Assembly (NCBI GenBank): GCA_964016885.1
Contig: OZ024743.1
Location: 77,872,001 to 77,936,000, forward strand
Length of the DNA stretch: 64,000 bases
From: Eledone cirrhosa
Taxonomy: Eukaryota
Reading direction: 5' to 3'
How positions within the stretch are numbered: position 1 is the first letter of the stretch; every line of letters starts with the position of its first letter. A program made the translations under genes and the position numbers. The notes under the pieces were generated by a model. It did no database searches. It was not told the origin of the DNA and worked only from the letters and a program-made list of their open reading frames with translations. Below, piece after piece: positions 25,145 through 37,000 of the stretch.

Positions 25145-25555
25145 ATCCCTAACAACACACAGTACTGTCTGGTCAGGGTCCCTAACAACATATAGTACTG
25201 TCTGGTCAGGGTCCCTAACAACATACAGTACTGTCTAGTCAGGGTCCCTAACAACATACAGTACTGTCTGGTCAGGGTCCCTAACAACATGCATTACTGT
25301 CTGGTCAGGGTCCCTAACAACATACAGTACTGTCTGGTCAGGGTCCCTAACAACATACAGTACTGTCTAGTCAGGGTCCCTAACAACATACTGTACTGTC
25401 TAGTCAGGGTCCCTAACAACATACAGTACTGTCTGGTCAGGGTCCCACAGTAACATACAGTACTGTCTGGTTAGGGTCCCTAACAACATACAGTACTGTC
25501 TGGTCAGGGTCCCTAACAACATGCATTACTGTCTAGTCAGGTTCCCCATAATCAC
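25145..25555. repeat. 33-bp minisatellite, ~12 copies
   Basis: Unit CCCTAACAACATACAGTACTGTCTGGTCAGGGT. Confidence 0.95.
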
Positions 25556-26034
25556 ATGCTGTGCTGTCATTTTCCCTCTATGGAGATGATGGCTTGTCTT
25601 GGCATGTGTTGTGTGGATCCCATTAAGGGACACCCATTGCTTTCTGTTGAGTATACTGGAGCAACATGAAGAGTAGTGTTTTTCTCAAGAACACAACACC
25701 CAACCCAGTGCAGGAACTGAAACCACAACATTATGATTATAAGTTCAACATCCTTACCACTAGGCCACACATCTCCACGTGGTTATCAAATATATGTTAA
25801 ATTACTGCAATTCATTTTTACCAGTCAAATTTATCTGAAATAACAGACTGGTGCTTTGTGATGTCAGCAAATTTTCCACGCTTCAGTTAACTGAACCAGT
25901 GACAATAAATGTCCAGATTTTCTGGGTCAGTTACACCTGATTGACTGGCAACCTGTTAAACCAGAAATATATTCTACTATTCTTATCTGTTTAAAAAATA
26001 CATTAATCTTGTAATACTACTCTTTTGTGAGACC

Positions 26035-26235
26035 TACATCTGGGTATTTAGTACTTAAGGCTAGCTCTACAATGTGTACCTGGGTATTTAACCCCCTTGG
26101 TTAGTTTTTCAATGTGTACCTGGGTATTTAGCACCCTAGGCTAGATCTATACTGTGCACCTGGGTATTTAGCACCCTAGGCTAGCTCCACAATGTGTACC
26201 TGGGTATTTAGTAACCTTGGCTAGCTCTGAAATGA
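26035..26235. repeat. 40-bp minisatellite, ~5 copies, reverse complement of the 14631-15018 family
   Basis: GGCTAGCTCTACAATGTGTACCTGGGTATTTAGCACCCTA is the reverse complement of TAGGGTGCTAAATACCCAGGTACACATTGTAGAGCTAGCC (compare 14917-14956). Confidence 0.85.
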
Positions 26236-26419
26236 GTACGCTCTTCTCCTACCTAAATTAAAATTACTTTTGGCAAGCTGACAAACCTAGCTCTTGACAC
26301 TTCTTGCTCCGTCTGCACTAAGAAAATTAATAAATCTGTATTTTCCATGACACTGTCCACATTCACCTATGTGAAATTATATGATGGGTCATAACACCAA
26401 AATGACCCTCTCTAACTTC

Positions 26420-26875
26420 CTCTTCTTCATCTTCCCCCACTTATTTCTGAGAGGGTCGTGGGAGCAGAGTCATCAAACATTCCTTCCAGTGGGTTCTGTC
26501 AAAAGCAACCATCTCCAACTGATCCGGTTGAATCCCCAAGCAAGACCAGCCAAGCTCAGGATGTTATCCAACCATCTTGCTTGAGGTCTACCCCTGCATC
26601 TCCTGCCAGCTGGTTTTGTCCATAAAATCTGTCCAGCGATTCTTTCTTGAGACATTCTAACCACATGTCCACAGTATCAGAGGAAAAGTAGGGAACCCTA
26701 TTTCGGCCACTTGTATTCATGATTCTATTCTTTTGGTCCTTACCCAAGATTTATGACCATATGTAAGGGTTGGTGCAAATACCGAATTGAAGGCAGCGAG
26801 TTTGGCTTTTACATATCCCTTCTTCTGATTATCAAATGCTGAAGCTGGCATATTACTGCACCAGATCCTGCAATT
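26420..26875 (-). mobile_element. RTE-type LINE 3' end (second family, (GAA)n tail)
   Basis: RMSQERIAGQILWTKPAGRRCRGRPQARWLDNI. 26765-26873 matches 14028-14141. A sister 3' end with a (CTT)n tract lies at 31703-31900. Confidence 0.82.
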
Positions 26876-27044
26876 CTCCACCACTTTGGATATTTGCAGA
26901 AGTTTGCTACATTGTTAAGATGTTTAGTGATTTATTTATTGATGCCAGGAAATAATTAAGTTATTATACAAATATATCTAAAACTTGAAACCGTTAACCC
27001 GTTCATAACCATCTTTCTAATGAAATACACTGTTTTAATTAATT

Positions 27045-27150
27045 AATTGTTTCTACTTTTGGCACAAGGCCAGCAATTACCCAGTGCATTACTGGTACTT
27101 TATTTTATCGACCCCGTAAGGATGAAAGGCAAAGTCAACCTCGGCGGGAT
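27045..27150 (-). mobile_element. 5'-truncated SINE of the 21594 family (others at ~28920-29085, 32200-32340, 54368-54445, 54835-55025, 57000-57102, 57120-57262)
   Basis: Shared body TTTTATCGACCCCGTAAGGATGAAAGGCAAAGTCAACCTCGGC, flanked by TTAATTAATTAAT. Confidence 0.85.
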
Positions 27151-27239
27151 TAATTAATTAATGAAGAATTTTGAGGGATTTACAAAAAATAATTATTTCA
27201 TTAAATTAAAGTTACTAAGATTGTAACTTTATGTAAGGT

Positions 27240-27755
27240 TCATCATCTTTATCACCATTTTACATCCATTTTTCCATGCTAGCATGGGTTAGACGAGTTG
27301 TCTTATTGTGAGACAAGTCAGGTCAGATGACCATGTTTTGCTCATACAGAACTGATTTTGGTTTGGTTTCTACAGCTGGATGCCCTTCCTAATGCCAACC
27401 ACTTTTACAGTGGACTGGGTGTTTTTTATCATGACACCTACATGACCACTTTACAGTGTGGACTGGGTGTTTTTTATCATGACACCTACACAACCACTTT
27501 ACAGTGTGGTCTGGGTGTTTTTTTATCATGACACCTACACAACTACTTTACAGTGTGGTCTGGGTTTTTTTTTATCATGTCACCTACACAACCACTTTAC
27601 AGTGTGAACTGAGTGCTTTCTGTCATGACATCTACACAACTACTTTACAGTGTGGTCTGGGTGTGTTTTATCATGTCACCTACACAACCACTTTACAGTG
27701 TGGACTGAGTGCTTTCTGTCATGACACCTACATAACTACTTTATAGAGTGGTCTG
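27240..27755 (-). mobile_element. RTE 3' UTR with ~7 tandem copies of the 48-bp unit
   Basis: CTGGGTGTTTTTTATCATGACACCTACATGACCACTTTACAGTGTG repeated about 7 times next to CTACAGCTGGATGCCCTTCCTAA. It is the reverse complement of the satellite's terminal monomers. Confidence 0.9.
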
Positions 27756-28158
27756 CTGGGCAAGGTTCTTATATGAAATCATATTGGAAGATTTTAGTTT
27801 AAATTGGAAACCTTCAAGATAGGTGGTTTCAATTGATAGAACCAGAACCAGTTTCAGCCAGGTTGGTAACTAAAGGGTTAAGTTTCAGTAATGTACCTCT
27901 TGGAGATCTGTACTCAAAGTGGCTGCTGCCTAGTTGATCATAATGGTAGCACCTGCTTTTTAACCTCCCAATATAGTTTCTATATTATAATTATCTGGAA
28001 ATAGATGTTTAGAAGTGAGAAGAGGTCACCAGGGATGTGTTAACAGTGGCTGGTGTATAAGAACTGTTGACATCCTCAGGATGTTTAATATCAACAGAAG
28101 TGTTTCATTAAAATAATGAAATATTGTCTTTTTTAGATTTTCCTCATTTTATTAAATT

Positions 28159-28472
28159 TTGTTACTGTTGTTGTTGTTGCTGTTGTTGTTATTGGTGTTG
28201 CTGTTGTTGTTGTTGTTATTGTTGCTGTTGTTACTGTTATTATTGCTGTTGTTGTTGTTATTGTTACTGTTGTTGCTGCTGTTGTAGTTGTTACTGTTGT
28301 TGTTATTGTTGCTGTTGTTACTGCTGCTGTTGTTGTTGTTGTTGCTGTTACTGATGTTATTGTTGTTGTTGCTGCTGCTTTTGTTGTTATTGTTGCTGCT
28401 GTTGTAATTGTTCTTGTTACTGCTGTTGTTATTGTGGTTGTTGCTGTTGTTGCCACTGTTGTTATTGTTATT
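28159..28472. repeat. Degenerate (GTT/GCT/ATT)n trinucleotide microsatellite
   Basis: Seen directly; it produces the poly-N/T/C ORFs. Confidence 0.95.
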
Positions 28473-28577
28473 AAACACTGTAATTTCCACAGGGCCAGCT
28501 AGTTCTCTAAATCCTTGCTATAACCCAGATTACATTGTTTCTTTTTATTTCCTTTTTCCCTACTTCATTCATATTCC

Positions 28578-28900
28578 ATCATCATCATCATCATCATTTT
28601 ACGTCCACTTTTCCCTGCTTGCAAGGGTGGGACGGGAACTGATTCTGGCTTGATTTCTACAGCTGGATGGCCTTCCTAACACCAACCTCATTTACAATGA
28701 GTGCTGGGTGCTTTTTTTTCTGTGGCACCTCCACGACCATTTTGCAGTGGAATGATAGGGACCCTAGTCCTATCGTCTCATGTCTACAGCTGAGTAAACT
28801 GGAGCAATGTGAAATAAAGTGTCTTGCTCAAGGAAACAACACATCAACCGGTCTGAGAATTGACCTCACAACCTTTCGATTGCAAGCCTAATGCCTCCAT
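28578..28900 (-). mobile_element. tRNA-head SINE with RTE-derived tail, second copy
   Basis: Colinear with 15548-15893. Confidence 0.85.
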
Positions 28901-29928
28901 ACTTATTATTTTACATAATGACAGTGGTAGAATCGGTAGAGCGCCGTACACCATGCTTTGCAACATAGAGTTACATCCCTTTATGTTCTGGGTTCTAATC
29001 CCACTGAGATTCACTTTGTCTTTCATCCTTACAGGGTCAATAAAGTAGTAGACTTCCTAGCTCCCCCTAAATTGTTGGCCTTGTACGCAGGCTTCCTTGA
29101 GAGGACGAGTATCTCAGTTTTAGTAGCACTGATTTTTATTCCAGTCATGCAGCGCTTGGCATCAAACCTATCGAGTGCAAGTCAGAGATCAGTTTCTATC
29201 GAGTTAAGTAACACCATATCGTCTGCAAATTCCGACTGATTTTACACCTGCCAGTTGTGATACCACTTCCAGCCTGGCCGAGCATGTCAATCCTGTTCAT
29301 GTAAATAATTGTTTCTACTTTAGGCACAAGGCCCACAATTTAATGCTGAGGGGAAAGTCGATTAAATTGGCCCCTGTGCAGGAGTGTTCCAGTTGATTCA
29401 ATTAATGAAACAGCCTGCTCATGAAATCAACATGCACGTGGCTGAGCATTCCACATACATGCGTACTCTTAACATAGTTCTCAGGGGATTCAGCATGAGA
29501 CAGAATGTGACAAGGCTGGTCCTTTGAATTACAAGTTCAACTCATTTTTGCCAGCTGACTGGAGCAACATGAAATAAAGTGTCTTGCTGAAGGACACAAC
29601 ACTCTGCCGGGAATCGAACACACAGCCTTACGATTGTGAGCCAAATACCCTAATCACAAAGCCACACTATATATATATATAACCTGATTAGTTTTTTCGG
29701 TGTTTTGGTATTGTATGGTTGGGTTTTGCCTGCCGTAATTTTCAATTTGTCAAGCTATCTAAACGTAATGTTATTACTCTAAGGACCTACCCTTATTGAG
29801 TGTTTTGCTACTGATTCCTTATTGTAGGTCGACTTTGCTTGGCCACAGCCAAAGCTTCGATTTTACTAAGCTTCCACTTGCAGCGTGGAAAAATGGATGT
29901 AATACAGTGATGATGATGATGATAACTG

Positions 29929-30002
<74 letters not shown>

Positions 30003-30010
30003 ATATGTAT

Positions 30011-30816
30011 ATCATCATCATCATCATCATCAACGTTTAACGTCCGTGTTCCACGCTTGCATGGGTTTGGACGGGGGTAGTCCCACTTGAGGCAAGAGTG
30101 ATTGTCTTGCTCGCATAGGACTGTCTGGCAGGTTTTCTACAGTTGGATGCCCTTCCTAACACCAACCACATTTACAGTGTGGGTCTGGGAGGTTTTTACC
30201 GTGTTGCCTACACGGCCACATTACAGCGTGGACTGTGTGTTTTTTTGTCGTGACACCTACACGATCTCATTTGTTTCGGCCTGGATGGCGCGGCACCAAC
30301 ATAACTTTACATAGAACGGGGTGGTGTGGATGGGGTGGGGGTGGTGGCGGGACGGGGTGTATTTTGTTAGAGATGCCTACTGGCAAGGCGGGTCTTCTCT
30401 GTTACTGAGTACCGCCAAAGGTCACGGTCCAGTGACATTGTCTTGGAGAGGTGTAAGTGTGTGAGGTCGGAGTTTATCAGCTCATCCCATGTTTTTCTAG
30501 GTCTGCCTATTCCGTGGCTACCGTCTATCTTTATTGCCCTGCACTTTGTAATACAGCTATCGACTTTCATGCGCATCACGTGTCCATACCAACGCAGCCT
30601 TCTCTCGAGTAAACAACATCTGATCCCTCTTATCTCTAATTTTTTCCTTAGTTCGTTTATGCTTTGCCGTTCACGTATATTACTGTTACACATCCAGCGG
30701 AGCATGCAAGCTTCGTTCCTCTCTAGTCTGCGTATATCCTCTGCACACAATGCCCAGGTCTCACTACCATGCAACATTGCTGTTCGTATGCAGGCATCGT
30801 ACAACCTGCCTTTCAT
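30011..30816 (-). mobile_element. RTE LINE 3' end (ORF C-terminus, 3' UTR and (GAT)n tail), 5' end in a TA tract
   Basis: MKGRLYDACIRTAMLHGSETWAL...RRLRWYGHVMR...GRPRKTW. Highly similar to 46005-46830. Confidence 0.92.
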
Positions 30817-30821
30817 ATATA

Positions 30822-30871
<50 letters not shown>

Positions 30872-32584
30872 TAGGTATTAGGTATTGAGATGAACTGAAG
30901 AATATCGAAGATTTAATATCTTTATATTGATAAGATTTTTGTGTTTTATTGTACTATGATATTTTTCACCATGCTGACATGTATGTGTATATGTGTGTGC
31001 ATGTGTATATAAATATAAGCGCACAAGCGCAGACGCACTTAGAAAAATACACACTCACAGATATACATTCACACAAATACACATACATTCACACAAACTC
31101 ACACATACATTCCCACAAACACACACATACATTTACACAAACTCATACACAGCATAGCAAATTGAACGCCAGCTGATGTTTTGCTATAATTTTTTCACCA
31201 TCTCCTTCCTTTTACATGCTTGTATGGGTTAGACAGGTTGTTACGTTATGAAGCCAGGCAGGTTATGTGACAACGTATTTCTCTTACAATCTAATTTTGG
31301 CTGGGTTTTCTACAGCCGGATGCCCTTCCTAATGCTAGCCACATTACAATGTGTACTGGGAGCTTATTTTTATGGCACCAGCACCTTACATGGTGGACTG
31401 GGTGCTTTTTGTCATGGCACATGTGAGGGAAATTTAGTAAACAGAAATTGTGTGTAAGTCTGTTAGAGAGATTATTCTCGAATGTTAGAGAGAAAAATCT
31501 GGTTCTTCTGTGTCTTTAACAGAATCCACTCAGTTGCAAGCATTCAGGTCTGAAGATGTTCCTCCAACCTTCTCTCCAGTCTTGCTGACACTAAAAAGGT
31601 CATGTCTGCTTTCCTTCTTCCTATGACTAAGTGATAAAAAAAATGTTGGAATCAATCCAATTTAGTATTGTTTTCTCTCTTATGTAATTGGTCTTGTATA
31701 ATTCTTCTTCTTCTTCTTCTTCTTCTTCTTCTTCTTGAGAGGGTCGTGGGGGAAGAGTCTTCAAACACTCCTTCCAGCAGGTCCTGTCAGAAACAATCGT
31801 CTCCAACTGATCCAGCTAGATCCCCAAGTAAGACCAGCCAAGCTCATAGATGTTATCCAACCATCTTGCTCTGAGTCTACCACTGGGTCTCCTGCCGGTT
31901 GGTTTTTCTCGTATATAAGATGTTAAGAGATAAAAGCCTCTGGTAGTTCAAAAGAATGAGTACCAGTAATATACTGTTTTATTTTATCTCCAAATCTATG
32001 AAAATGTTCTTGTGCCTAATCAAAAGATATCAACATCTGATGAATTAAATGAGATATTTTCATTTTCTTCAAAAAAGATATATTGTTAATAATACACTAT
32101 ATGTGTGTGTATGTATGTGTTTATGTTGGGTTCCTGGTATGTCCTGTAACTTAGAAGCTAGAAAAAACAAGCATCAATAAAATAATTACTGGGGTTATCA
32201 TAGGTGGTCAATATGGCAGGGTTGTCAGAACATTAGATATTTTTTCTAGGTCTCTGTTTTCAGTTCAAACCCTACCAAGGTCCACTTTGCCTTTCATCCT
32301 TTAGGGGTTGATAAAGAAAGTACCAATTCAGTGCTGGTGCAGCCCTCTCTCCTTCCAGTTTCCTACATCCTGGATGATCTAATGCAGAGCTTCTCAAAGA
32401 AGGTCCAGGGGGCACTGGAGCCTAAGGGGCGGTTAAGTTTAGAAGTAAAGATGATATAATACTATATTAAATATCAAATTATACATATTATATATAAATA
32501 TAGTAAAATAAAAAATATATATTTATTTATACATAGTATATATTATATTATTTAATATAAATAAATTAATGATTTTATCTATTA

Positions 32585-32615
32585 CTAGCAGTGTATCCCG
32601 GCGTTGCACAGGTAA
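32585..32615 (-). mobile_element. Helitron-like 3' terminus (a Helitron-like 5' region may lie at ~35700-35975)
   Basis: TACTAGCAGTGTATCCCGGCGTTGCACAGG is the reverse complement of a GC-rich subterminal motif plus CTAG|T. 35790-35975 ends in CACACAGACAGTTACAGTTTTATATATATA, which resembles non-autonomous Helitron 5' ends. Confidence 0.5.
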
Positions 32616-33295
32616 GAACATTGGTAATAGCACCTCCAATGAGAAACGTTTATTTGTGAGTGCCTGGTAAAAACTTATGAAAATATACCGACAGGAAACT
32701 TGTTATATTTGGAGAAAATTAAGAAGGTGAAAGTACAGTTTAGCTGTCTACGTGCATTGTTCATAGAAATATTGTTGACACCCTTCTTTTCATACTCCTC
32801 TGTTTTGGCCTATTGGAGTAAATGTGAAAGAGAAAGTCACAGGTTAAGTTGGCAGAAGGTTCCAGTGTCATAGCAATTAGGCATAGGCTACTTACCTCAA
32901 AAGTTCATTTGCACTCTTCCCATTAACTTACTCTTTCTCTCTATCCCTCTCGGTGCAGTCCCTTGCGAATTTCTCGCATAGGTCTGGTTTAGATTTGCAC
33001 CCGATCCATCTGCCCGATGCACGTGTCCGCTTTGTGGGGCTTTTGGAGGTAGGAGTGACCAGCAGTACGTTGTTCGGTATTATTACGAAAAGGTGTAGTA
33101 GAGAATCCCGCGTGAACTAACAGCTCGGGAGGAAACTGCTTACCTCGAAGATTCATTCGCCATCGTTCTTGTCAATGCTCCGTTTAGTTGGTATTTGTTT
33201 GTCTACAGTTAGATGAATGGCGCACAATTGGCAAGAAGTTTTTTTAATAATAAAAGACGGGATAAAGAGACCTACAATGTATCTGTGTGTGTGTG

Positions 33296-33337
<42 letters not shown>

Positions 33338-33719
33338 CTGATTAATGTTAAGAGCCATCCTCAGCATTCTAGTGTCGCACTCATCCACCATCAGAGTGAG
33401 TTTCTTGGTCAGTGTCCAAGTCTCAGACCCGTACAGCAGCACAGACTCCACTACAGCAACGAAGAGTGACACAGAGGAGACTGAGGTTAGCTGGACATGC
33501 TCACCAACATCCAGAGTTGACACTGCACCCAGTGCTCCTGTGGGAGCCCCTGCATGGACACACTTGAAGAGGAAGACCGAGGTTAACATATGTTGATACC
33601 CTAAGGACAGACACTGGTCTGTTGGAGACGCAGGACATGGCAGCGATAATGAGGGACAGAGACCGTTGGAGAGAACTCGTCCATCGATCTCGGCAATTTT
33701 ACCTGCCCTAGATAGATAG
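33338..33719 (+). mobile_element. RTE-X-like LINE 3' end with inverted 5' segment and (ATAG)n tail
   Basis: Minus 33338-33465: FVAVVESVLLYGSETWTLTKKL..RMLRMALNIN. Plus 33463-33710: RVTQRRLRLAGH..LLWEPLHG..RGRPRLTYVDTL..RDRDRWRELV. Confidence 0.8.
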
Positions 33720-35431
33720 ATTTCTTTATTAGCCACAAGGGCGCAACAAGAAAGGGGACAATACAAAGACATGCCGGGGATTTTACATACAGTCGTGTAA
33801 AAAATATAAAAACAAACAATTTCAACAATCAAAATCCCCAATAGGGGGGAGGCGCCACAAATGGGTTGTTTAATACCCCGTCGATAGAACAACCCTCAAC
33901 TCGAGGAGCGTGTTGTGCAAGTGCTCCTTTCTTCCTTTTGCTCTCTTCCTCAACCTACAGGCTTATAAACAGAGAAGGCCCAATCACTCGGGCCATTTTC
34001 GCTTCATTCACCCACCTTTCAGTAAATTTACTGGGTGCAGTGCCTCTCTCTCCACCCTGATTCTCCTTCTAAAGTGATACTTAAAGAAGGGAATCAATTG
34101 TTGTCCGGAGAGAAAGGCATCTGTCCTCAGTCCTCTCAACCTCGTCCACCATATAACTTCTTTCACCATAGCCACCGTACAGAGGAAAACCGCCTCTCTT
34201 TCGTTTTTGAAAGAGTCTGGCGGTTTGATCCTTACTATGGACTCGGCAGTCAACTGTATTTGTCCCATACGCGACAGCAGTTGTTCTGCATAGTTCCACA
34301 GGTCGCTTACGCCCGGGCAGTGTACAATTGCGTGCAGAACTGTTTCAATGTCCTGCGCACATCTTGGACACGTCCTCTTGGAAGGATCCCTGCCAGGGCG
34401 TCCGTGCCTGTAGATCTTGTCACGAACCGGTAGAGCTCCTCGGTAGCACTGCCAGGCCAGGGACCTCTGGAAGTTGTCCATAGGTCCCGGGCGGAAAGTC
34501 CTACCAAACATACTGGTGAGCTCATCGTCTTCGACGCCCAGAGTCTCTCCGAGCACGTCGTCGCCCTTGTATCGTACAATCCCTCTATAGAATGTCGAAG
34601 TGGAGTCTCCACTGATTGCTGCGCCCGCTTGCCAGAGGACTGTGAGTGCCTGAGCGCATTCAATGTGCCAGGCGCCCATCGTTTTCGGTCTTTTCTTCAC
34701 CCAGGACTGCAGCTCCGTTAGCGAGACGAGCTGTGGGAAAGCCTGACTCACAAACGGTGCCCACACCGGTTGGGGGTCGGTGAGGAATACCTGGAGATGC
34801 CGCAGCCTCAGCGCATGTTTGCGCATCATCAGCCACGGCATTCCCAGCCCTCCGTTGGAAGGGTGCTGACAGCAGACGGATCTCCTCACCAGCGGAGCCT
34901 GCTTCTTCCACAGAAACTGGAAGAGCATGCGTTCCATCTTGGCGAGGTGTTCACGGGGACAAGGCACGACAGTCAAGCGGTAGTAGATGACGGACGCTAT
35001 GAAAGTGTTCGCCACCTCCGCTCGACCTTTCAAGGACAGTTTGCAGTCTGGTCTGCCCTCTTCTGAGTGAGTGCAAACACCTTGGCCGTGACCTCGTTCC
35101 AGTTTTTCTCCACCTGGAGGTCTGGACCGAACCAGACCCCGAGCAATTTCACCGGTCCGTCCGTCCATCCAGCGTCCAACGATGCTGTCGGATGTCATCG
35201 GTTTGCCTCTCCACGTACCGAGTTGCAAACCGACAGACTTGTCTGGGTTTAGTTTTGCTCCCGTCAGCGTTTCGTATTCTTTCAGTATGTTGCCGATCAC
35301 CCCGATTTCCGAGGTGCTCGACACCATTACTGTCACGTCGTCGGCATAAGCCGACGCCGCATTGCGCAGTCCCGGTTCTAGGGGGATGCCCTGCAACAGC
35401 TCCAATTTCCGCAGTAGTGGCTCTAGAGTCA
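33720..35431 (-). mobile_element. Tx1/L1-clade non-LTR retrotransposon, 5'-truncated (RT C-terminal half + zf-RVT), frameshifted
   Basis: [69 protein letters not shown]. The 3' end is CCCTTGTGGCTAATAAAGAAA followed by (TCTA)n. Confidence 0.92.
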
Positions 35432-35525
35432 ATACATACAGAATGGAGGATAGATAGATATATTTTTATGTGTATATTTATAAATATGTATATGTGTATA
35501 TATATATATATGTATATGTGTTTCC

Positions 35526-35597
<72 letters not shown>

Positions 35598-36009
35598 ATA
35601 TATGTGTGTGTATATGTATATATGTGTATATATATGTGTAATTATATATATGTATATATATGTATATATATGTGTGTGTGTGTGAATGTGGCGAAGGTAA
35701 TACGTCAGCAATGATGTGTTGGTCAGAATGTCGTTATGCAGACAGCCAGACATACAGACAGATATTATAAGGGCGCAACAGAGATCGATAACCGGCGCCT
35801 AACACCCCTTTAACAACAGAAAATTGAAAACTAAAAGCTGCAGTTAATATCTTTAGACCACAAGGAATATATAAATGCAACTTTGAAGTCAATCGGTGTA
35901 AAAATGTAGATTTGTATAGATTTTGCAAAAATGAGGGCACACACACACAGACAGTTACAGTTTTATATATATAAAACCTTCAGCAAAAGCATGGTTCATA
36001 CTACCAAGT

Positions 36010-37000
36010 ATTTGTGCGATTTCATGTGGACTTTTTGTGCGTTTTATGTGCGTGTTTTTGTGCGCTTTCATGTGCATTTTTGTGCGTTTTATGTGCGCGT
36101 CTTTGTGCGCTTTCATGTGCACTTTTTGTGCGTTTTTGTGTGCACATTGTTGTGCGTGTTTCTGGTTTCGTTTTGTGCGTTTCTATGTGGGCATTTTTTG
36201 CTCGTTTTTGTGCGCTTTCATGTGCACCTTTTGTGCGTTTTATGTGTGCTTTTGTGTGCGTTTTATGTGTGCTTTATGTGCGCGTTTTAGTGTGCCCGTT
36301 GTTGTGGGCTTCTGAGTGTATGTTTCTGCGTTCGTTTTGTACGCTTCTATGTGCGCATTTTATGCGCTTTTATGCGCGCGTTTTTGTGCGCCTTTGTGTG
36401 CGTTTGTGCAATTTTATGCGCGCGTTTTTTGGGTGCTTACTTGTGCATTTTTTGCGCGTTTTGTTCGATTTTATGTACGCGTTTTGTGCACTTTCATGTG
36501 CACTGTTTGTGCGTTTTATTGCGTGTTTTTATTTGAACGTTGTTGTGTGCTTTTGTGTGTGCGTTTCTGCGTTCGTTTTGTTCGCTTCTATGTGCGCATC
36601 TTGGTGCGCTTTTATGTGCGTTTTCATGTGCACTTTTTGTGCATTTTATGTGCGTATTTTTGTGCGCTTTCATGTGCACTTTTTGTGCGTTTTATTGCGC
36701 GTCTTTGTGCGCGTTCATGGGCACTTTTTGTGCGTTTTTGTGTGCACGTTTCTGCGTTCGTTTTGTGCGCATTTTTTCCTTGTCTTTGTGCGTTTTATGT
36801 GTACATTTTATGTGCGCTTTTTCTGCAATTTTATGTGCGCGTTTTAGTGTACACGTTGTTGTGTGCTTCTGTATGCGCGTTTCTCCGTTCGTTTTGTGCA
36901 CCTCTATGTGCGCATTTTTGTGCGCTTTTGTGCGCGTTTTGTGCAATTTTATGTGCACGTTTTGGTGTGCGCGTTTCTGCGTTAATTTTCTGCGCTTCTA
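36010..37000. repeat. Cryptic mosaic repeat of TTTTGTGCGC / TTTTATGTGCG / TTTCATGTGCAC modules
   Basis: About 1 kb, strongly strand-biased (T/G-rich), with no single period. Confidence 0.9.

Noticed and set aside
29775-29875. Possible hammerhead (CTAAGGA-CCTAC...GTAGG-TCGAC) in a TA-flanked insert
   Set aside because: A stem is present but both core segments deviate and stems I and III cannot be assigned.
21845-31600. Possible extra exons with AG acceptors (~21859 +, ~26320 -, ~27995 -, ~28492 +, ~31522 +)
   Set aside because: They show no recognisable protein similarity and have weak or absent donors. They cannot be supported without transcript data.
33272-33892. 206-aa minus-strand ORF as a single gene
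   Set aside because: It is a chimeric read-through of the Tx1 3' UTR, an antisense LINE segment, the inverted LINE segment and a TA repeat.
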